Source: a virus (Duplodnaviria; Heunggongvirae; Uroviricota; Caudoviricetes). From it: a stretch of 16,525 nucleotides of DNA. A program made the position numbers and the translations under genes. The first letter of the stretch is position 1, and every line of letters starts with the position of its first letter. The DNA is taken from the IMG/VR virus record IMGVR_UViG_2706794662_000018. One strand, given 5' to 3'. This document shows, one piece after another, positions 9,983 to 16,525 of this stretch. A model generated the notes under the pieces. It was not told the origin of the DNA. It saw only the letters and a program-made list of their open reading frames with translations, and made no database searches.

Positions 9983-12196
9983 TTATGTATTACGTTTTTG
10001 ACTACTTCTCACAGCTTGAGAAACACTATTGGCGTGTTTCTTAAGCATCTCATTAAATTTCTTGTCATCATCAGCTACATCACCCTGGATGATCAATGGT
10101 GCGTTAACGGTAATATCACCTGAAGTACTTCCACCTTCTTGTTTATCCAAGAATGCTGTTAATTTCTTATTCGCTTCAGGCTGCACCACTCTCTCGCCCT
10201 GCTTAAGTACAAATGATTTGTTGTCATAACTTGCTGGTAGTTCATCTACCCCGCCATGGAACTGACCAGCAGCAGCACCCTTTGCAGTACTAATAATCGA
10301 CATACCAAGTGAAAGTACTTGTGCATAGTTTGCCAATGAAGCTGGCCAAGGGGTAGCGAGTGCTTGGGCCAATGCTGACTGAATTGAAAGTACTGTCTGT
10401 GCAATGCTTATGCTCTTACTTAGGGTAAATGCAGCTTGTGCAGCCCCACTACTTTCCCCAAACGCATCAACCATGCCCTGTGATAGTGACTGTGCAGTAC
10501 TTGAGAAGATACTTAACTGATCCTGTGCATTCTGGTTACTGATTTGGATGGCCTGTGCATTGTACTTTGCCGTGATCTCAGCTTTACGTTTCTCATAGTC
10601 CTCATGGCCTTTCAGCAACAACTCATTCTGCTGAAGTTCAGCATTCATAGCATCAGCGTTATCTTTCAACTTCTGATCGGTATCGTTATAGGCTAATGGA
10701 TTACCACCATTGATACGCTGATTCTGTTGCTGTGCCAGATACCCCTTCTGATTGTCATTGAGTAGACCGGAACCAATAAGAGCATTGGTATCTTTCAGAC
10801 CCTGATTAGGATCTTGATAACCAACCATTGAATTCAGTAAATCAGTACGTTGTTTAGCACCATATGCAGTAGCGTTCTTTAGCATTTCATCAGGATTGAT
10901 ACCGAGTACTTGAGCACTATCGGTGATGGTTTTAAGAAGTGCCTTTTGTTGTCTGTCGAACTGCTGTAGACGTACCTGAAAACCATCTTCCCCAACTTGA
11001 GCAAGAGCAGCTTCCAGATTACGTTGAGCCTGTAGGCGTTTTGCATCTGCCGCCTTTTGTGCCGCTTCTGCCTGTTTACGTTGTTGTTCTAACTTCTTCG
11101 CTGCATCTTCAGCTTCTTTTGCCTGATCAACCCATCCGCCAGTAGGAGCGGTAGCAACCGCAACATCGGACTTTAGGTTGTTTGCCAGTTCTTCTAAACG
11201 TGCCTTAGCCTGAGCGAACTCATTACCCTTGTTGCCCTTATCATCCATGATGCCAGTATTGAGTGCTGCACCCTGGTAGTTTAATGCCCCTGCTGTACGT
11301 AATTTTTCCCAGATATCCAACATATCCTGTAGAGAACCCTTGGAAGTTTTAATACGTTCATTCAGATCTTCAAACAAACCTGCCTCGTGAGGTTTTTGAT
11401 TTGCAGCATCATAGACACTGTTCATGGCATTAACTAAAGGTGATAGGCCATCAGCAATAGTACCTTTAATGCTGGTAGTAAGTTTCCCAAGGTTTTTATC
11501 GAATTCAGCATATTTTTCAGCAGCATCATTAGTTACTTCAGCATTTTGTGACTGGATATAGGCTGTAGCTTGAGCCTCATTATTGAACTGCTGAAGAGTA
11601 CTAATCATGTGGCTTGAGTCACTGGCTAACGTTTCCATTACGTTAACTATTTCACTCTGTGATTTACCTGCATCACGCATGGCGTAAAAGGTGTGGATCA
11701 CAGCCTGCATACCACCATCAGCCTGTTTTAAGTACTTGTTATAGTCCTGTAGGTTGAGTCCATATTCTTTAAGATCATCGGATACACCACCGCCAGCACG
11801 AAAAGCATCACCGAGCTTATCCAAGGTATCCTTGTTGAAATCACCAAACTTATCAATCTCAAGACCGAGGCCACTAAACGCCGCTGATAGCTGTTGTAAC
11901 TGAACCACGGACAATCCGGTACTCTTACTGATCTGGTTCATTTCACGCACATATTCACGTGATGATTCTACTAATGCTGCCAGGCCACCAATACCAATAG
12001 CCGCAGCACCCGCGATCCCGGTCATAGCAGTACCGAACCCGCCAGCCATACCAGTTATTCGGCCTGTGAACTCTTCAACAATGCCACCAGCAGTACTACC
12101 AAATTCCTCTAATGATTCAGTACCAGACCTTAAAGCACGCTGTAAACCGGAAGAATCACCCGTAATATCTACACGTATTCTATTATTATTTGCCAT
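9983..12196 (-). CDS. tail tape measure protein
   Basis: 737-aa ORF, AGGAA Shine-Dalgarno about 9 nt upstream of the ATG. Gly-rich hydrophobic segment near the N-terminus (GMAGGFGTAMTGIAGAAAIGIGGLAAL), long A/Q/K/E-rich helical stretches, second hydrophobic region near the C-terminus. Sits immediately downstream of the G/G-T chaperone pair. Confidence 0.85.
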   Translation of the reverse strand: MANNNRIRVDITGDSSGLQRALRSGTESLEEFGSTAGGIVEEFTGRITGMAGGFGTAMTGIAGAAAIGIGGLAALVESSREYVREMNQISKSTGLSVVQLQQLSAAFSGLGLEIDKFGDFNKDTLDKLGDAFRAGGGVSDDLKEYGLNLQDYNKYLKQADGGMQAVIHTFYAMRDAGKSQSEIVNVMETLASDSSHMISTLQQFNNEAQATAYIQSQNAEVTNDAAEKYAEFDKNLGKLTTSIKGTIADGLSPLVNAMNSVYDAANQKPHEAGLFEDLNERIKTSKGSLQDMLDIWEKLRTAGALNYQGAALNTGIMDDKGNKGNEFAQAKARLEELANNLKSDVAVATAPTGGWVDQAKEAEDAAKKLEQQRKQAEAAQKAADAKRLQAQRNLEAALAQVGEDGFQVRLQQFDRQQKALLKTITDSAQVLGINPDEMLKNATAYGAKQRTDLLNSMVGYQDPNQGLKDTNALIGSGLLNDNQKGYLAQQQNQRINGGNPLAYNDTDQKLKDNADAMNAELQQNELLLKGHEDYEKRKAEITAKYNAQAIQISNQNAQDQLSIFSSTAQSLSQGMVDAFGESSGAAQAAFTLSKSISIAQTVLSIQSALAQALATPWPASLANYAQVLSLGMSIISTAKGAAAGQFHGGVDELPASYDNKSFVLKQGERVVQPEANKKLTAFLDKQEGGSTSGDITVNAPLIIQGDVADDDKKFNEMLKKHANSVSQAVRSSQKRNT

Positions 12197-12590
12197 TCTT
12201 TTTCTTTCCTAATACCTGAGATTTAATTAACTCCCCTATAGATTTAATATCATTGGATTGAGCCTCTTTAGTTTTTAATTTTCTTTCTTCAGCTTTCTCT
12301 GAAGTACTCTTAGTACTATCACTAAGCACATCAAGAAAATCAAAATCCTGTACCTTGATACTTTTCCTTGCTTCTGGTGTTAGGTTGCCATTACTGATAG
12401 TGGTGTAGTAACACTGGTACGCATGTTTCATCATTTCAATCTGCGTACCGGATGGTTCTATAAAAGTATCGTAGATCATAAGCATATTGAGTACATCAGG
12501 ATCTAAACTAAAGTATTCTTCAGGTGATAAGCCTCTTTTGTTAACCATCTTACAAAAGTACTTTAATTCGATATCACCTCTTACTTTTTT
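12186..12590 (-). CDS. tail assembly chaperone G-T frameshift extension (gpT-like part, made as a G-T fusion)
   Basis: The -1 frame relative to G is open from the slippery site through the ATG at 12548 to TAA at 12188..12186, with no stop in between. The stop overlaps the tape measure start by 11 nt. Confidence 0.55.
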   Translation of the reverse strand, partial: KKVRGDIELKYFCKMVNKRGLSPEEYFSLDPDVLNMLMIYDTFIEPSGTQIEMMKHAYQCYYTTISNGNLTPEARKSIKVQDFDFLDVLSDSTKSTSEKAEERKLKTKEAQSNDIKSIGELIKSQVLGKKKNGK

Positions 12591-12886
12591 TCTACTTCAT
12601 CTACAGGTTTCGCAGTATTGATTAAAGCAATAATTGCTGAGTAAATTTCATTCTGGATTACAAAATCAATAGAGTTAACATTAATTCGTCCATCAATATC
12701 TTCTTCTGCGAAGATAGGATCACCATTTTCATCTTTTACACATAGGATTAGAGTTTTAGCCACATCAGTGCATTTCTGGAAATCCTGACCATTTGGACGA
12801 TGAATAAAGATGATTTCACCCATTACTTCATGTGGTTTTAATTCTGGTTGTAGTTTTTTCTTCAATTCGTTTAAATTCATTTTCAT
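12581..12886 (-). CDS. tail assembly chaperone, gpG-like
   Basis: The ORF track start at 12892 is a TTG. GGAG lies at 12890..12887 and ATGs at 12886 and 12880, so the true start is probably one of those. Stop TAA at 12583..12581. Small acidic protein between the tail tube and tape measure genes. Ends in the slippery heptamer. Confidence 0.6.
   Translation of the reverse strand: MKMNLNELKKKLQPELKPHEVMGEIIFIHRPNGQDFQKCTDVAKTLILCVKDENGDPIFAEEDIDGRINVNSIDFVIQNEIYSAIIALINTAKPVDEVEKK
12584..12590 (-). other. programmed -1 ribosomal frameshift site, slippery heptamer A_AAA_AAG
   Basis: mRNA reads GTA GAA AAA AAG TAA. The heptamer A AAA AAG is in the zero frame of G immediately before its stop, identical to the E. 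coli dnaX slippery sequence. It lies at the position of the conserved G/G-T frameshift of tailed phages. Confidence 0.55.
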
Positions 12887-12892
12887 CTCCAA

Positions 12893-12921
12893 TAAAAAAG
12901 GGAAAGTTGAGCACCTTCCCT
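12893..12921 (-). terminator. intrinsic terminator or attenuator hairpin between the tail tube and chaperone genes
   Basis: On the minus-strand transcript a 6-bp stem (12921..12916 pairing with 12904..12899) with an 11-nt loop is followed directly by UUUUUAUU (12898..12893), which runs into the GGAG of the next gene. Confidence 0.4.
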
Positions 12922-12931
12922 TTATTTATTA

Positions 12932-13405
12932 TTATTCGCCCGATTCTGGTTTTGGAGTAATCAGACCTGAATCAATTGCTTCACCATCAACTGCAAGGGT
13001 GAAAGTCTTAGTTACTACTTCATCTTTATCACCACCGATAGTGGTACTTGAAACAAAGCAGGTATAAATTACAAAGAAACCTTCTTTTTTAGTTGCATCG
13101 GTAAAATAGCTTAGTTTTACCTGACAACGTTTCTGATCGTCTGCAAGTTGTTCTAAATTCTGATGTACTGCATTATCTGGTAAGTAGTTAACTGCAAGAG
13201 AAATGTCCGGGATTGACTTAGTACCCAATAGCTTACGATCATAAGCATTATTGAATGTTTTTACGCTAATTACAGTACTTTCAAAGCCTGAAGTACTGAA
13301 GGTGTTTACCTCTGGTACTTCTACAAAGTCAGTAGCAACTGTTTTACCAGCACTTGAACCTACTTCTACAGTAAGGTTAGCACCGGAAAAAATATCCATA
13401 GCCAT
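12932..13405 (-). CDS. major tail tube protein (lambda gpV-like fold, tentative)
   Basis: 157-aa ORF, ATG at 13405..13403 with AAGGA Shine-Dalgarno. Occupies the canonical position immediately upstream of the G/G-T chaperones and tape measure gene. Pattern-level resemblance to lambda gpV from memory. Clear paralogue of the N-terminal domain of the 883-aa protein. Confidence 0.6.
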   Translation of the reverse strand: MAMDIFSGANLTVEVGSSAGKTVATDFVEVPEVNTFSTSGFESTVISVKTFNNAYDRKLLGTKSIPDISLAVNYLPDNAVHQNLEQLADDQKRCQVKLSYFTDATKKEGFFVIYTCFVSSTTIGGDKDEVVTKTFTLAVDGEAIDSGLITPKPESGE

Positions 13406-13420
13406 AGTTTTATATCCTTA

Positions 13421-13455
13421 TAAGAAAATTTTATTGGAGTGAATCCGTTCACCCC
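13421..13455 (-). terminator. weak hairpin between the fibre gene and the tail tube gene (possible attenuator)
   Basis: On the minus transcript GGGGUGAA-CGGA-UUCACUCC (13455..13436) forms an 8-bp stem with one G-U pair, followed by AAUAAAAUUUUCUUA. The U tract is interrupted, so termination is doubtful. Confidence 0.25.
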
Positions 13456-13463
13456 GTTTATAT

Positions 13464-16115
13464 TTATTTATTATTTAATAGCTGTTGTACTAAATCTTTT
13501 AGCTGATTAATTTCTTCTTGTTGGGCTTGAATAGCTCCCATCAAGTCCATCACTATTGGATTTAAATCAACACGTGGATGATCACGAGTGACAATCTCCC
13601 CTTCTATTTCAACTGTTTCTTCATCATGCTTAATGTACTGCGGAGCAGTCAACTCAGCATCTTCGGCGATAACACCAAACCTAACCCTTTCTTGTTCATC
13701 ATCCTTGTAGATAAACGTTACTAAATCTTGTGACATTATCCGATCTAATGCTTCAACTGGATTTGCTGGAGTTATGTCTCTTTTAAACTCACGACCTGAT
13801 GTACCTTGAGCTTGCATTACTAACCATCCAAACCATGTTGTACCGTTCCCGCCTCGTACTCTTAAAGTACCACCACCGTCTATCTGAAGCTGAGAGCGAT
13901 TTGCCCCTGGGTGTCTTTGCATGTGCAATAAAGGGGAATATTTTTCACTATAGTTAATACCTGAGTCACCTGGCCCTGCATACATACCGTTAAAGGTGAT
14001 GGTATTGGCATCTGTCGGTCCCGAAACAGCGGTATTAGTCATCCATCCTGATTGAACATCAGTTAGGATCGTTCCAGTCGGCCCTTTTAGCCCCCATAGT
14101 TTATCCTCTGCACCATTTTCAGAAATAAAAAGGGTGAGATCAGCCTGTCCAGTCTGTCCCATCGTTTTACCAACCCGAAAACCACCAGATATTTCAGTTG
14201 ATGTACCAATGTTGCATATCGAACGAATACGCCCTCCAGTTACATAACTACCAATTGCCGTAGAGGAAGGGGAAGAAGCAATAACATCCCATTGAGGACT
14301 AACTGAAGTACGACTACTCAGCAAGTTTTCAACCCAGCGTTTGGTAGTCGCGTCAGAATCAGAGACAGGATCTCCTGCTAAAGAAGTTGCACCCGTAGGA
14401 CGAATCGCAGGCCATAACTCAGCCTGAGTCTTAACACCAGTACCGCCCTGCGGAATTGCTAATGCTTTCCAGCCAGTGAAAGCACCCGCAATATATGTAG
14501 CTGAACCCCATTGCCCTCCATCATAAACCACTAATGCAGCGGAAGAATCAGCGGATTTAATAGTTGTTAAATTACTACCTTGATTAAAGCGATCCACCTG
14601 AAAGTTTAGGCGAGCACTCAAAGCATCTGTAGCCCCTGTCCCCCCCTGACCTATACCTAAAGCAATCCATCCAGTACCAGTACTTGCACCCCATGCCCCG
14701 TTATCCTGAATTCGGATACGGTTAGTCAGGTCATTACTCATCAGATCGGTGTACGTAGCACCCTGAGTCAAACGGTTCACCTGTAGGTTAGTACGTGCTG
14801 TAGAGAGACTGGATAGATCAGAAAGGTTACTCGCTTTCTTCATGGAAGCGGAATCAAGGGAAGTAATACTGTCAGCTAAAGCCGTTACCTCTGCATCTAC
14901 TTCATCCATTGAGTAAACAGCAAGGTTAATACGTGCTTCTTCCACGTCCCCCAGATCACTTAGATTACCTGCTATCGTAAGCTGGGCATCATCTGTAACC
15001 TTCCCTAAGCCAACATCAGTACTGGTAAGTACTACATCCTCACTGAGTACATGACCGTTGACCATACGTGTATCAGGTACTGAACCTGTATCTTCACTAC
15101 TCAGTACTACATTTTCACTAAGTACATGACCGTTCACTGTACGCGTGTCAGGTACTGAACCTGTATCTTCACTACTCAGTACTATATCTTCACTGAGTAC
15201 ATGACCATTAACTGTCCGTGTATCTGGTACAGAGCCGGTATCAGTACTGGTAAGTACTACATCCTCACTTAGAGGCTTACCATTCACAGTACGTGTATCA
15301 GGTACTGAACCTGTATCTTCACTGTTCAGTACTAAATTGGCCGTGAGTGCATGGCCGTTGATGGTACGTGTAAGGGGTACGTATCGCCCGTCCATCTGTG
15401 TAGCGGTATATATGCGTGTCCAGGCGGTTGTAGCGTTCTTTGCATAGATACTTAGAGTACCCGTCTTTGTCATCGCAAGAGAACTTACAGTAGTGCCATC
15501 TACAAGCCCTACTCCCATCAGATCCGCCCCGGCAGGATTGCCTGCTTGAGATGATGGTACTTTGATGAAGCTGTTACCCGTAGGTACTGATGGTGAGTAC
15601 TGAGGTACATCCGTAGTGTTCGAACCTAAACCGTAGTCCCCCTGATAGATTGGCGATAGTGCGTTAATGGTCATTGCACGTGCGATCACATCATGTGGGG
15701 CAAAACTGTATGCCTTGGTTACTACTGAACCTTTATCACCGTCCAACTTATAAGAGGTGATATAACCATTCACCATCGCATAAGTAATGGTATTTTCATC
15801 CTTATTCATCTGGTACTGAATGATGATCTGGAAAAGCTGCTGAGACTTAGCGGCATTATCCAAGAATTGATGTGTAGGATCATCAGGTAGGTAGTTAACT
15901 ACAATATCAAATGGTGCTACTGATTTATCAGATAGTAGTACTGTCCTGTAATCACTATCATACGTTTCAAAATTATTTGCTTCTGAATTTATTGTTAAGG
16001 TTGGAAAAGTATTAATCTGTTTAATTACTACATTGCCTGCTCCCTGTGGTGTTCTGTTACCAATATCAGCATTATACTGTACTGATAATTCTCTTCCTGA
16101 GAAAATATCACTCAT
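13464..16115 (-). CDS. tail fibre protein with N-terminal tail-tube-like domain, five 25-aa tandem repeats and C-terminal intramolecular chaperone (peptidase S74-like) domain
   Basis: 883-aa ORF. Residues 1-145 align with the 157-aa tube protein (MSDIFSG/MAMDIFSG, NTF, VNYLPDD/VNYLPDN, GDKGSVVTK/GDKDEVVTK). Middle has fibre motifs (NLSDL ... ARTNL). The C-terminal 111 aa (SGREFKRDITPANPVEALDRI ... LVTFIYKDD ... RFGVIAEDAELTAP) match the autoproteolytic chaperone domain of endosialidase and T5 L-shaped fibres, with Ser and Lys 5 residues apart. Confidence 0.8.
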   Translation of the reverse strand: MSDIFSGRELSVQYNADIGNRTPQGAGNVVIKQINTFPTLTINSEANNFETYDSDYRTVLLSDKSVAPFDIVVNYLPDDPTHQFLDNAAKSQQLFQIIIQYQMNKDENTITYAMVNGYITSYKLDGDKGSVVTKAYSFAPHDVIARAMTINALSPIYQGDYGLGSNTTDVPQYSPSVPTGNSFIKVPSSQAGNPAGADLMGVGLVDGTTVSSLAMTKTGTLSIYAKNATTAWTRIYTATQMDGRYVPLTRTINGHALTANLVLNSEDTGSVPDTRTVNGKPLSEDVVLTSTDTGSVPDTRTVNGHVLSEDIVLSSEDTGSVPDTRTVNGHVLSENVVLSSEDTGSVPDTRMVNGHVLSEDVVLTSTDVGLGKVTDDAQLTIAGNLSDLGDVEEARINLAVYSMDEVDAEVTALADSITSLDSASMKKASNLSDLSSLSTARTNLQVNRLTQGATYTDLMSNDLTNRIRIQDNGAWGASTGTGWIALGIGQGGTGATDALSARLNFQVDRFNQGSNLTTIKSADSSAALVVYDGGQWGSATYIAGAFTGWKALAIPQGGTGVKTQAELWPAIRPTGATSLAGDPVSDSDATTKRWVENLLSSRTSVSPQWDVIASSPSSTAIGSYVTGGRIRSICNIGTSTEISGGFRVGKTMGQTGQADLTLFISENGAEDKLWGLKGPTGTILTDVQSGWMTNTAVSGPTDANTITFNGMYAGPGDSGINYSEKYSPLLHMQRHPGANRSQLQIDGGGTLRVRGGNGTTWFGWLVMQAQGTSGREFKRDITPANPVEALDRIMSQDLVTFIYKDDEQERVRFGVIAEDAELTAPQYIKHDEETVEIEGEIVTRDHPRVDLNPIVMDLMGAIQAQQEEINQLKDLVQQLLNNK
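14997..15371 (-). repeat. five tandem 75-bp (25-aa) repeats inside the fibre gene
   Basis: Protein repeat TRTVNGHVLSEDVVLSSEDTGSVPD occurs 5 times with a few substitutions each. The DNA units are near-identical (for example gtatcaggtactgaacctgtatcttcactactcagtactacat recurs at about 15070, 15146 and 15296). Confidence 0.85.
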
Positions 16116-16132
16116 CCTTTATATCCTTTTAG

Positions 16133-16525
16133 TTATCTTGTCTTTTCCGTAACTTGAATATTTATCGTAAAGGATAGGGAAACCGAGCCAGTTATAGGAT
16201 CTGTGACAATATCGGATTGTTCATAAGAACACGAAAGCATTATTAAACCTGCATCACTGAATGCTGAAGTTTTCTCTTTATCAAAAGTACTAATAATCTG
16301 ATCATAAGTGATGGATGGGGCTGTATTACCTGATTCTGGTTTAGGGGAAATCAGATACTGAATTGCAAAGTTACCTGCCCGGCGTTCATTGCTGAAACTT
16401 AAACTCGTTAATGAGTAATCAAAAGCAATTTGTTCAAATACATCAACATCACGTGATACTGTCAGATTCTTAGTAGCATTGATAAGCTGCTTCATCGTAT
16501 TCCGTACTTTTTGTACTAACATCAT
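16133..16525 (-). CDS. tail terminator protein candidate (lambda gpU-like by size, position and weak pattern)
   Basis: 130-aa ORF with ATGATG at the window edge (16525..16520), so it is probably complete. Upstream of the fibre and tube genes, and the same size as lambda gpU (131 aa). Pattern-level resemblance only (RDVDVFEQIAFDYSL vs gpU RPAVFDEADFPAVAVYL, from memory). Confidence 0.4.
   Translation of the reverse strand: MMLVQKVRNTMKQLINATKNLTVSRDVDVFEQIAFDYSLTSLSFSNERRAGNFAIQYLISPKPESGNTAPSITYDQIISTFDKEKTSAFSDAGLIMLSCSYEQSDIVTDPITGSVSLSFTINIQVTEKTR

Noticed and set aside
10019-10039. Hairpin gaaacac-N7-gtgtttc about 50 nt downstream of the moron stop as its terminator
   Set aside because: No U-rich tract follows on the plus strand and it lies inside the tape measure coding sequence. 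Too weak to call.
12887-12892. TTG at 12892 as the start of the gpG-like chaperone
   Set aside because: GGAG lies at 12890..12887 and ATG codons follow at 12886 and 12880, so the TTG is more likely part of the ribosome-binding region than a start codon.
14997-15371. Tandem repeats as a possible CRISPR array or satellite
   Set aside because: The 75-bp units are contiguous with no unique spacers, lie in frame within a long ORF and encode a repeated 25-aa fibre motif.

Overview
The window is about 16.5 kb of a tailed-phage or prophage late region, AT-rich and almost entirely encoded on the minus strand. Both window edges fall exactly on gene boundaries. Read in the direction of transcription (high to low coordinates) it holds a lambda-like siphovirus tail module: a gpU-like tail terminator candidate (16525..16133), an 883-aa fibre protein whose N-terminal domain is a paralogue of the adjacent tail tube protein (16115..13464), the major tail tube protein (13405..12932), G and G-T tail assembly chaperones joined by an A_AAA_AAG -1 frameshift site, a tape measure protein (12196..9983), minor tail proteins resembling gpM/gpL and gpK, and a gpJ-like tip protein (7814..4485). 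Two small paralogous proteins follow J. A T4-type lysozyme (2513..2962) and an uncharacterised gene (start uncertain, 9400-9571..9972) are the only plus-strand genes. The left end (2476..1) is a five-gene minus-strand cassette with a GIY-YIG-like protein, two hypotheticals, a small membrane protein and an HNH-domain protein. Three N runs (3249..3531, 7015..7304, 8748..9004) hide parts of three genes. The most interesting items are the opposite-strand gene embedded in the tail operon, the tube-domain/fibre fusion, the HNH cassette, and a strong over-representation of the palindrome AGTACT that is absent from the likely acquired genes. All family assignments come from reading motifs against remembered sequences; no database search was run. 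No tRNA, rRNA, CRISPR array or IS element was recognised.
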